A stretch of DNA of 64,000 bases from assembly GCA_024639145.1 (NCBI GenBank), contig JAHEIZ010000014.1, forward strand, positions 4,543 to 68,542. Direction: 5' to 3'. Numbering within the stretch: position 1 is the first letter of the stretch; each line of letters starts with the position of its first letter. This stretch comes from Actinomycetes bacterium (GTDB lineage Bacteria; Actinomycetota; Actinomycetes; S36-B12). Shown here in pieces: positions 35,369 through 43,922 of the stretch. The position numbers and the translations under genes are program-made. The notes beneath the pieces were generated by a model. The model was not told the origin of the DNA. It was given only the letters and a program-made list of their open reading frames with translations, and did no database searches.

Positions 35369-36280
35369 ATGACTCTCATCGAGCCCGATGCTGCCATTCG
35401 CCTTGCCGGTGAATGGACGCACCGCGATGTCTCCGCGAATGGCGCTCGATTTCACGTCGTCGAGCAAGGCGAGGGGCCTGCGGTGGTTCTCCTGCATGGG
35501 TTTCCCACCTTCTGGTGGACATGGCGCCATCAGATCTCCGCACTCGCTGACGCCGGATATCGGGCCATCGCGATGGACCTCCGTGGCTATGGCGGTTCCG
35601 ACCATCCGCCGCAGGGCTACGACCCTTTCACCTTGTCGGCAGATGTTGCCGCTGTCATTCGCTCCCTCGGTGAGAGCGAGGCAGTCATCGTCGGTCACGG
35701 CTGGGGTGCCTTCGTCGCATGGTCGATGGCCGTCCTCGAGCCCGAGGTTGTCACCGCGATCGTGCCGGTGAGCTCACCGCATCCGCGTCGCGTGCGCAGT
35801 GCTTCGCTGCAACCCTGGCGTCGACGAATCTCCCTGGGCTACGCCGCCGGATTCCAGGTGCCGTTCCTCCCCGAACGCGCGCTCACGCGCGATGAAGGCG
35901 CTCGAGTCGGCGATCTGATCGCGGAATGGTCAGGCACCCCGGGCTGGCCCGACACCGAGGCACTGTCGATGTACCGTTCGGCATTCATGCGCTGGCCCAC
36001 GGCACATACCGCTATCGAATTCCATCGCTGGGCCGGTCGTTCCGTGCCCCGACCCGATGGCTTGCGTTACATGGCACGAATGAAGGCCGCGATCACTGCG
36101 GATGTCCTTCATGTGCACGGAACGCGTGATCCGATGATGAGCATTGATGCCTGCACAGGAAGCGAGTCGTTTGTGTGCGGTGCCTACGCACTCTCGGCCT
36201 TGCAAACCGGGCACTTCCCGCATGAGGAGAATCCGCAGCAGTTCAATGAACTGCTCATCACCTGGCTGAATGGCGAATAG
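35369..36280 (+). CDS. alpha/beta-fold hydrolase, epoxide-hydrolase-like (EphE-like), nucleophile position substituted
   Basis: Has the HGFP oxyanion motif (LLHGFPTFWW) and the C-terminal GHFPHEE His. The nucleophile elbow reads GHGWG instead of the canonical GHDWG. Confidence 0.8.
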   Translation: MTLIEPDAAIRLAGEWTHRDVSANGARFHVVEQGEGPAVVLLHGFPTFWWTWRHQISALADAGYRAIAMDLRGYGGSDHPPQGYDPFTLSADVAAVIRSLGESEAVIVGHGWGAFVAWSMAVLEPEVVTAIVPVSSPHPRRVRSASLQPWRRRISLGYAAGFQVPFLPERALTRDEGARVGDLIAEWSGTPGWPDTEALSMYRSAFMRWPTAHTAIEFHRWAGRSVPRPDGLRYMARMKAAITADVLHVHGTRDPMMSIDACTGSESFVCGAYALSALQTGHFPHEENPQQFNELLITWLNGE

Positions 36281-37471
36281 TCACTCGTCGATCCGGCAGG
36301 AGCCCGTGGTCACTCGCTCATTGGTGCGCAATGCTCGCGCTGACGCCACACTGAGCTGCTCGGCAGTGAGGGCATAGCCGGTCTTGTCCGCGCCCGAGGC
36401 GAAGATCATGCCGAGTACGTCACCGCGCTTCGTCAAGAGCGGGCCGCCGGAATTACCGTGACGCACGATTCCGCGGAAGGAGTACACCTCCCGCTCAACA
36501 CCTGACTTGCTGTAGATGTCATCGCCTCGCGCCGTAATCGCATCGCGAATTCGGGCGGGCGCAGAATCGTACGGACCGCCTTCGGGGAAGCCGGCGATCA
36601 CCGCATCATCACCTGACTGCGCAGGATCGGTGGCGAATGCCAGCTCAGGAGCGTTGAGCTCAGGCACGTAGAGCACTGCGATATCAAGTTGCGGGTCGAA
36701 GTAGACAACAGTCGCAGAAAGTAGTGGTTGCGAGGTACGCACCTGAATCTCAGGCGCCGTCACCCCAGCGACGACATGCGCGTTGGTCAGGACATGTTGC
36801 GGGGCATAGACGAACCCGGATCCGCTCACGGATACCTCGCATTCATCGGCATCTCCGGTGACCCGAACGACAGACGGGCGCGCATTCGTGACGGCACCGC
36901 CGAGAATCACCGTGGGATCAGGCAGGGCGACGCTCGGGCCGGAGAGTGAACCCAGCTCGGAGAAGACATGTGGCACGTCTGCACTGCTCACCATGTTGCG
37001 AAGGCCCACGAAGGCATCGCGTACCTGATTCGGCACGGCTGTGTCGACAAGAAGGAGAAGCCGCGATTGCTGGATCTGCGTGGCCATCGGGAGCTGCGGA
37101 AGGAAGGCCACGGCACTCGCCACGATCCAGGCCATGATCGCAAGCGCGATAACTGCGAGTGTTGATCCCGCAGCGTTATCGACGAGTCGAGCAGGCCGCC
37201 AGGTGATCGCGTCATGGAGTCGACGGCCAAGAAGCGAGGCAATGAACTGACCGATGAGGGCGGCAATGATGACTCCCACGACCACGATGCCGACTCTCAT
37301 CACCGAGTTGTCGGTGATTGATGTCGACAATCGCGGCAGGATGAACGCCGCGGCGAGAGCTCCGCCGAGAAAGCCCGCGAATGACAGCACGCCGGCCACG
37401 AATCCCTGACGCCATCCTGCCCACGCGAAGACGATCGTGGCGCCGACAAGAACCCAGTCGACGAGGTTCAC
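36281..37471 (-). CDS. marP: MarP-family membrane-anchored serine protease
   Basis: Has an N-terminal CvpA-like 4-TM domain and a C-terminal chymotrypsin-fold protease (TNAHVV, GNSGGPLL). Confidence 0.9.
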   Translation of the reverse strand: MNLVDWVLVGATIVFAWAGWRQGFVAGVLSFAGFLGGALAAAFILPRLSTSITDNSVMRVGIVVVGVIIAALIGQFIASLLGRRLHDAITWRPARLVDNAAGSTLAVIALAIMAWIVASAVAFLPQLPMATQIQQSRLLLLVDTAVPNQVRDAFVGLRNMVSSADVPHVFSELGSLSGPSVALPDPTVILGGAVTNARPSVVRVTGDADECEVSVSGSGFVYAPQHVLTNAHVVAGVTAPEIQVRTSQPLLSATVVYFDPQLDIAVLYVPELNAPELAFATDPAQSGDDAVIAGFPEGGPYDSAPARIRDAITARGDDIYSKSGVEREVYSFRGIVRHGNSGGPLLTKRGDVLGMIFASGADKTGYALTAEQLSVASARALRTNERVTTGSCRIDE

Positions 37472-38235
37472 GATGTCACGGGCTCTTCGTCAGGCGTCGC
37501 GATGATGTCGAGATCGACCATGGTGGCGTGATCCCACGGCAGCGCGAGGCCGGAGTGATCGAGGATCAGGTCGATGAGTCCACCCGTGAAGCCCCAGACC
37601 AGCATGTCGTTGACTCGAAAGCCGGGACCGACGTAGCCCGACGGATGACGCACGCTGACGCGGTTCGCGGGATCGATCAGGTCGGCAAGCCGGACGCGAG
37701 TGACCGACTCGACCTCGTCGGGCTCACGTGCCCAGACCTCACTGGGCTGCTCCCACCAGGCGATGACCGGAGTGACCACGAAGCCGCTGACGCTGAGCCA
37801 CAGGTCGGGCAGATGTCCGAGCACGCGCACCCCAGCGGGATCGAGCCCGGTCTCCTCGACCGCCTCGCGCACGGCGGCCGCTCGCGCATCGGCATCGGTG
37901 GCGTCGACGGCGCCGCCCGGGAAGGCCGGCTGGCCGGCATGGGCGCGCATCCGCGCCGCCCGCTGGATCATCAGCAGATCCGGGTCAGGGCCCTCGCCGA
38001 AGAGGATCAGCACGGCCGAGTGCCTGCCCTCGCCATCGGTCGGAACGGCGTACTTCAGCTCATCGGATCTGATGCTCTGTACGCACGTAACCACGGGTTG
38101 GAGCCAGGCCGGCAGACCGTGCAGGGCGCCGGCATCGACTTTTCCCTCACGAATCCAGGTTCGGCTCGGTTCGGACACCGCCCCAGCGTACGTCCGCGGG
38201 GGACCTGGCCTGGTCCTCGAGGTCGCGATGCGCAA
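37468..38235 (-). CDS. NUDIX hydrolase (CoA pyrophosphatase-like)
   Basis: Has a Nudix box (GGAVDATDADARAAAVREAVEETG). The true start may lie downstream of 38235, because the divergent crp gene starts only 20 nt away. Confidence 0.8.
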   Translation of the reverse strand: MRIATSRTRPGPPRTYAGAVSEPSRTWIREGKVDAGALHGLPAWLQPVVTCVQSIRSDELKYAVPTDGEGRHSAVLILFGEGPDPDLLMIQRAARMRAHAGQPAFPGGAVDATDADARAAAVREAVEETGLDPAGVRVLGHLPDLWLSVSGFVVTPVIAWWEQPSEVWAREPDEVESVTRVRLADLIDPANRVSVRHPSGYVGPGFRVNDMLVWGFTGGLIDLILDHSGLALPWDHATMVDLDIIATPDEEPVTS

Positions 38236-38255
38236 GAATGTGGACTCCCTAGTAA

Positions 38256-38948
38256 ATGATGACGGAGGTCACAGTGGACGACGTGCTGATGCAAGCACCT
38301 TTGTTCGCGGCGCTCGACGCCGAAGGCGCTGCAGCACTGCGAGCCAGTCTCGTCGAGATCCACATCACCAAGGGCGAGGAACTCTTCACCGAGGGCCAGC
38401 CCGGCGACCGTCTCTACGTCATCCTCGACGGCAAGCTCAAGCTCGGCCAGTCCTCTGCCGATGGCCGTGAGTCCCTGATGCTGGTGCTCGGCCCCGGCGA
38501 GATGTGCGGTGAGCTCAGCCTCTTCGATCCCGGCCCCCGTCGCGCCACTGCCACCGCGCTCACCGATGCCACCGTTCTCGGCCTGAGCCATGAGCAGCTT
38601 GGCCCCTGGCTCGCAGGTCGCCCCGAGGTTGCCTCGGCACTCCTCCAGGCCCTGGCCCGTCGCCTGCGCCGCACGAACGAGGCAATGGCCGATCTCGTCT
38701 TCTCCGATGTTCCCGGTCGCGTAGCCAAGGCCCTGATGGATCTCGGCGAGAAGTTCGGCCAGATCACCCCCGAAGGCCTGATGGTCACCCATGACATGAC
38801 TCAGGAAGAACTCGCACAGCTCGTCGGCGCATCCCGCGAGACTGTGAACAAGGCACTTGCCGACTTCGCGCAGCGCGGCTGGATCCGTCTCGAATCGCGC
38901 CAGGTGATGATCCTCGACGTTGAGCGTTTGGGCCGCCGCGCACGCTAG
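38256..38948 (+). CDS. crp: Crp/Fnr-family cAMP-responsive transcription regulator
   Basis: Has a cNMP-binding domain (GEMCGELSLFDPGPRRATATA) and a C-terminal HTH (RETVNKALADF). It is closely similar to actinobacterial Crp/GlxR. Confidence 0.93.
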   Translation: MMTEVTVDDVLMQAPLFAALDAEGAAALRASLVEIHITKGEELFTEGQPGDRLYVILDGKLKLGQSSADGRESLMLVLGPGEMCGELSLFDPGPRRATATALTDATVLGLSHEQLGPWLAGRPEVASALLQALARRLRRTNEAMADLVFSDVPGRVAKALMDLGEKFGQITPEGLMVTHDMTQEELAQLVGASRETVNKALADFAQRGWIRLESRQVMILDVERLGRRAR

Positions 38949-38975
38949 GCCGGGTCAGCACTTCCGCCGCGCACG

Positions 38976-39788
38976 CTAGTCGGACAGGTAATCCATCTGT
39001 GCTTGCACGCTGAGCCTTGCCGCACCGAGCAGACTCTCGGGGGTCTGTGCGTAGACAATGGCCACCACCTCATCAGCGGTGACCGCACCGGCGTGAAGAG
39101 CGGCACGAACTTCGTCCAGGCGCTCTGCGCGATGCGCGATGTACTTCTCGATACGGGTCGAAGGATCCATGACCAACGGGCCATGCCCGGGGTAGATGTG
39201 CACGATCGCGTGCGCACTGATGGTCTCCGCCAACGTCTCAAGCGTCGCCAGGTATTCGCCGAGCTTCCCCTCAGGCCAGGCGATCACAGTGGTGCCGCGG
39301 CCCAGAACCGTGTCCCCGGTGAGGATGGCGGCATCTCCGTTCACGCGAAAGGAGAGTGAATCGGCGGAGTGACCGGGCGTTGAGATGACATCGATAACGA
39401 GGTCGCCGAATTCAATGACCTCACCTGACTGAAGGCCTTCCCCGCCGTGCACATGCTCAGGATCAAGGGCGCGCACCGGTGCACCGGTCATGCGCGAGAG
39501 AGCGAGCGCACCTGCCGAGTGATCGGCGTGACCGTGAGTAAGCAGGATCTGCGCAATGGCTCCCCGTTCACCCACCGTGGACACAACGCGCTCAAGATGC
39601 GCTGCGGAGTCAGGGCCGGGATCAACAACGACAACATCCGTTGATCCAGGTGCGGCAACGAGCCAGGTGTTCGTGCCCTCGAGAGTCCACGCCGAGGGGT
39701 TGGGCGCGAGCAGGCAGGTGCTCCAGTCACTGACCACGCCACCTGTCCATGCCGCCTCACTCCCGAGCGGGAGCAAGCGCCCGCTCAT
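38976..39788 (-). CDS. MBL-fold metallo-hydrolase
   Basis: Has the LLTHGHADHSAG metal-binding motif and is 270 aa. Confidence 0.88.
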   Translation of the reverse strand: MSGRLLPLGSEAAWTGGVVSDWSTCLLAPNPSAWTLEGTNTWLVAAPGSTDVVVVDPGPDSAAHLERVVSTVGERGAIAQILLTHGHADHSAGALALSRMTGAPVRALDPEHVHGGEGLQSGEVIEFGDLVIDVISTPGHSADSLSFRVNGDAAILTGDTVLGRGTTVIAWPEGKLGEYLATLETLAETISAHAIVHIYPGHGPLVMDPSTRIEKYIAHRAERLDEVRAALHAGAVTADEVVAIVYAQTPESLLGAARLSVQAQMDYLSD

Positions 39789-40552
39789 CGACTGATGCCG
39801 CCTGTCTCGAGATGTGCGGGGGGAACGACGTTGGTCGCGATGACCTCGCCAGTGCGCTCATTGATGATGTTCCAGCTGAGGTCGCTCTCGCCGACGGGAG
39901 TCGCACGAGGCATTCGGGCCACGATCTCGCGCGATCGAGCCACCTCAAGCGCTTGATCAGTCGATGACACAGGGGCAAGGAAACGAAGAAGTTCCAAGGT
40001 GGGGCGCAGCATGGGCAGCTCATCGCGCGAATGGCGTTCGAGCGCATCAGCCGGACGCACCCACTCGGCATGGTCAGCTTCATCGGAGGCTACATAAGCA
40101 TGCTGGCCTTCGGGAAGCCGGGCGAGAAAGAATCGCACGTCGAATCGGCGACTCTCATGCTCGGGCGTGACCCAATGATCCGCGAGGACGACATCGCTCG
40201 CATCCGTGAATTCAACGCCGGCCTCCTCCTTGGTCTCGCGAATCGCGCAGGCGAGGAGCGCGCGAAATTCGCGCGCCGTCGCACTCGCGCGCCGTCCGTT
40301 GATCTCCGCGAATTCCTCATCAAGGGAATCCGTGATCGCGGCGTCGAAGTCCGAGTCGTCAAGAGCGCCACCGGGATATACCGACATACCCGGCGCGAAC
40401 TTCATCGTGAGCGGTCGACGCATGAGGAAGGTCTCGACACCATTCCCGCAATCGCGAATGAGCACGAGGGTCGAAGCCGGTCGCGGCACGGGAGGGACCC
40501 ACTCCTGCGACCCGGATGCGAGCAGGAGCGCGCGCTCGCGTACGACTGACAT
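39785..40552 (-). CDS. NUDIX-domain protein
   Basis: Has a Nudix-box remnant (ACAIRETKEEAGV) and a 4-nt overlap with the MBL gene. Confidence 0.7.
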   Translation of the reverse strand: MSVVRERALLLASGSQEWVPPVPRPASTLVLIRDCGNGVETFLMRRPLTMKFAPGMSVYPGGALDDSDFDAAITDSLDEEFAEINGRRASATAREFRALLACAIRETKEEAGVEFTDASDVVLADHWVTPEHESRRFDVRFFLARLPEGQHAYVASDEADHAEWVRPADALERHSRDELPMLRPTLELLRFLAPVSSTDQALEVARSREIVARMPRATPVGESDLSWNIINERTGEVIATNVVPPAHLETGGISR

Positions 40553-40554
40553 GA

Positions 40555-41019
40555 CTAGTCGGCTACCTCGACGATGACCTCGACCTCGACAGGCGCATTG
40601 CGCGGAAGAACCGCCACGCCTACAGCGGAGCGAGCATGTCGGCCGGCGTCACCGAACGCCTCAAGAAGCAGATTGCTCGCGCCGTTCATGACCGCCGGCT
40701 GACCGGAGAACTCGGGATCACTCGCGACGAAACCGACGACCTTGACGACGCGCACGACCTTGTCGAGATCGCCAATAACCGACTTGATTGCCGCGATGGC
40801 ATTGAGTGCGCATCGAGCGGCGAGCTCCGCTGCCTGCTCCGGGTCGATTTCTACGCCGACCTTGCCGGTGGCGATCAACTCGCCATCGACAACAGGAAGC
40901 TGACCGGAGGTGTAGACGTACCTGCCGGAGAGGACAGCGGGCACGTAAGCCGCGAGCGGCGTGGTGGCCTCGGGCAGGGTCAGTCCGGCGGCCGCGAGTC
41001 GGGATTCAACTGTTGACAC
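40555..41019 (-). CDS. ridA: RidA/YjgF-family reactive-intermediate deaminase
   Basis: 154 aa with the YjgF fold pattern (SGQLP...GKVG...[19 protein letters not shown]). Confidence 0.85.
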   Translation of the reverse strand: MSTVESRLAAAGLTLPEATTPLAAYVPAVLSGRYVYTSGQLPVVDGELIATGKVGVEIDPEQAAELAARCALNAIAAIKSVIGDLDKVVRVVKVVGFVASDPEFSGQPAVMNGASNLLLEAFGDAGRHARSAVGVAVLPRNAPVEVEVIVEVAD

Positions 41020-41021
41020 GA

Positions 41022-41177
41022 CTAGCCCAGCGGTCGCTTCATGTAGGCGATGAGATTCTCGGAATTCGGGCCCGGAACGACCTGAACGAGCTCCCAGCCA
41101 TCAAGCCCCCAGTTGTCGAGGATCTGCTTGGTGGCGTGCACGAGCAGTGGCACGGTGGCGTATTCCCATTTCGTCAT
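41022..41177 (-). CDS. DUF4177-family small protein
   Basis: 51 aa: MTKWEYATVPLLVHATKQILDNWGLDGWELVQVVPG... The track ORF (102 aa) is over-extended. Confidence 0.7.
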   Translation of the reverse strand: MTKWEYATVPLLVHATKQILDNWGLDGWELVQVVPGPNSENLIAYMKRPLG

Positions 41178-41224
41178 GGTGCGACAGTAGTAGGTGAGTG
41201 CGTGGTTGCGCATAGGCTGGTTCA

Positions 41225-42211
41225 GTGAGCGATGCGCAGTTGTGGCCGGGAGTCGACCTGCACGTCGTATCCGGCAAGGGCGGTACGGGCAAGACCACTG
41301 TCGCCGCCTCCCTTGCCCTCGCACTCGCACAGGGTGGCAAGCGCACTCTGCTCATGGAGGTCGAGGGCCGTCAGGGCATCGCGCAGCTCTTCGACACCGC
41401 TCCGCTGCCCTACGAGGAGCGGATGATCGCGGTTGCCCCACAGGGCGGCGAAGTCTGGGCGTTGGCGGTGGACCCGCAGGAAGCCCTCCTCGATTACCTC
41501 GAGCAGTTCTACAACCTGCGGCGCGCAGGCGCTGCGCTGAAGAAGATGGGTGCCGTTGACTTCGCGACCACCATCGCACCGGGGCTTCGCGATGTCCTGC
41601 TGACCGGCAAGGCCGTCGAGGTCGTCCGACGCAAGCCCGATGACAAGAAGAACCGGTACGACTCTGTCGTGATCGACGCTCCCCCGACCGGCCGCATCAC
41701 CAAGTTCTTGAACGTGAATTCCGAGATGTCCGGGCTCGCCAAGGTCGGCCCCATTCGCAATCATGCAGATCTGGTGATGAGCGTGATTGCTTCGCCGCGC
41801 ACAGCGGTCCACCTCGTCACCCTGCTCGAGGAAATGCCGGTGCAGGAGACCATCGACGGGATTGCCGAGCTCGGTGCCGCCGGGCTTCCCGTGGGTTCGG
41901 TCTTCGTCAACATGACTCGGCCGTCCGTGCTCACCGAGGAGCAGCGCGCGGCCGCTATCGCCGGAACGTTGCCGATCGAACAGATCGGTGCTGAGCTCGT
42001 CACCGCCGGAATTGCCGCAGAACCACTGGCCGCGGAGCTTGCCGCCGAAGCCCGCGACTACGCACTGCGCATTGCACTGGAGGGTCGCGAGCTCCAGCGG
42101 ATCGACGAGCTCAGCATTTCGCACCTGACTTTGCCGCTGCTTCCCGGTGGCGTCGATCTCGGCGGCCTCTACGAGCTTGCTGCCTGCCTACGCGCGGAGG
42201 GAGCGAGATGA
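41225..42211 (+). CDS. ArsA/Get3-like ATPase (first of a pair)
   Basis: Has the P-loop SGKGGTGKTTVAAS. It is the homologue-by-position of the mycobacterial Rv3679-type ATPase. It overlaps the next gene by 4 nt. Confidence 0.88.
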   Translation: MSDAQLWPGVDLHVVSGKGGTGKTTVAASLALALAQGGKRTLLMEVEGRQGIAQLFDTAPLPYEERMIAVAPQGGEVWALAVDPQEALLDYLEQFYNLRRAGAALKKMGAVDFATTIAPGLRDVLLTGKAVEVVRRKPDDKKNRYDSVVIDAPPTGRITKFLNVNSEMSGLAKVGPIRNHADLVMSVIASPRTAVHLVTLLEEMPVQETIDGIAELGAAGLPVGSVFVNMTRPSVLTEEQRAAAIAGTLPIEQIGAELVTAGIAAEPLAAELAAEARDYALRIALEGRELQRIDELSISHLTLPLLPGGVDLGGLYELAACLRAEGAR

Positions 42212-43362
42212 CCTCGTTTGAGAGTGCGCCGCCACTCGATATCGACGCCCTGATCGCCGATCACGACATCAAGATCCTGGTATGCACCGGTGCCGGCGGA
42301 GTAGGTAAGACCACTACTGCTGCGGCGCTCGCCCTGCGGGCAGCCGAGCATGGCCGCAAGGTGTGCGTGCTGACCATTGATCCTGCAAAGCGACTGGCAC
42401 AGGCACTGGGTCTCACGAGTCTCGATAACACTCCGCGCGAGGTCGTGGGAATCCATTCACCAGATGGCAACGGCTCGCTCCACGCGATGATGCTCGATAT
42501 GAAGCGCACCTTCGACGAGGTCGTCGAGACGCACGCGGACCCCGAGAGAGCCAAGCAGATCCTCGAAAATCCCTTTTACCAGGCACTGTCCTCCTCGTTC
42601 GCGGGAACGCAGGAGTACATGGCCATGGAGAAACTCGGCCAGCTGAGCGCTCGCGCCGATCTCGAGGGCACCTGGGATCTCATCATTGTCGACACCCCGC
42701 CCTCGCGGAGTGCACTCGACTTCCTCGATGCTCCCGCCCGATTGGGCTCGTTCCTCGACGGGAAGTTCATCCGGATCCTTACGGCGCCGGCGCGTTCGGC
42801 AGGGCGCGGCATCGGCAAGATTGCCGCCCTCGGCTTCGGCATCTTCACCGGCGTGCTCAACAAGATCCTCGGCACGCAGGTACTTACGGATGTAGGCACG
42901 TTCGTCGCTGCGATTGACACCACCTTCGGCGGCTTCCGCGAGCGCGCCGACAAGACCTATGCCCTGCTCAAGCAGCCGAGTAGTCGCTTTGTCGTCATCG
43001 CTGCTCCAGAACCCGATGCACTGCGCGAGGCCGCGTACTTCGTCGAGCGGCTGAAGACCGATGCCATGCCGTTGGCGGGTCTCGTCCTCAATCGCGTGCA
43101 GTACATCGATGCGCCCGAGCTGTCTGCCGACAGGGCGCGGGTGGCCGCGGCATCACTGAGCACCGGTGGGCACGAGCTGACGGCAGCACTGCTGGGCATT
43201 CACGCGAATCGCCAGGCTCAGGCCGAGCGGCAACGACACCTGGCGGAGAGATTCACGGCTGCGCATCCGAGCGTGCCGATGGCGATGATGCCCGCGATGG
43301 CGGAGGACATCCACGACCTCGAGGGACTTCGCGCGATCGGCGATCGGCTCGCCGAGAGGTAA
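42208..43362 (+). CDS. ArsA/Get3-like ATPase (second of a pair)
   Basis: Has the P-loop TGAGGVGKTTTAAA and DTPPS. It is the Rv3680-type partner. Confidence 0.88.
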   Translation: MTSFESAPPLDIDALIADHDIKILVCTGAGGVGKTTTAAALALRAAEHGRKVCVLTIDPAKRLAQALGLTSLDNTPREVVGIHSPDGNGSLHAMMLDMKRTFDEVVETHADPERAKQILENPFYQALSSSFAGTQEYMAMEKLGQLSARADLEGTWDLIIVDTPPSRSALDFLDAPARLGSFLDGKFIRILTAPARSAGRGIGKIAALGFGIFTGVLNKILGTQVLTDVGTFVAAIDTTFGGFRERADKTYALLKQPSSRFVVIAAPEPDALREAAYFVERLKTDAMPLAGLVLNRVQYIDAPELSADRARVAAASLSTGGHELTAALLGIHANRQAQAERQRHLAERFTAAHPSVPMAMMPAMAEDIHDLEGLRAIGDRLAER

Positions 43363-43387
43363 GAACCCGCCGAGGGCGAGAATTAGG

Positions 43388-43702
43388 TTAGGAAACCGCG
43401 CCGATCCGACCGGTGAGGATGCTCTGGCGATCAAATTCATCCTGGGCAGTCTGGAGCAGATGGCGCCACGAGGTGACATTCGGGCGACGACGCAAAAGCG
43501 CGCGACGCTCCCGTTCGGTCATTCCGCCCCACACGCCGAACTCGACGCGATTGTCGAGGGCGTCGGCAAGGCAGTCAGTACGCACCACGCAGCCGGAGCA
43601 GATGGCCTTGGCGCGGTTCTGCGCGGCGCCTTGCACGAAGAGGGTGTCGGGATCCGACGTTCGGCACGCGGCCTGTGCTGCCCAAGCTGAGTCGACCGAC
43701 AT
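43388..43702 (-). CDS. whiB: WhiB-family Fe-S transcription factor
   Basis: Has four Cys residues (C...CSGCVVRTDC) followed by the GVWGG turn and a basic tail. Confidence 0.92.
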   Translation of the reverse strand: MSVDSAWAAQAACRTSDPDTLFVQGAAQNRAKAICSGCVVRTDCLADALDNRVEFGVWGGMTERERRALLRRRPNVTSWRHLLQTAQDEFDRQSILTGRIGAVS

Positions 43703-43922
43703 GTACTACGCCCACCCCTTCAGTTGCTGCATGTTTCTGCTGATGACCTGCTGTTACTGCTTGATCGCGGACGCTACGCCCCGCAGCCCTGCACATACAG
43801 GCTCTAAAGAACTATTCCTGACTAGTTAATTAGTGTCAATAGTTCCCGTGGGGGTGAGTCGCCAGGGGAGCAATCGCGCGCCGCGCCCCGCGCGGGAACA
43901 GCCCGACTTACGCTGACGTCTG

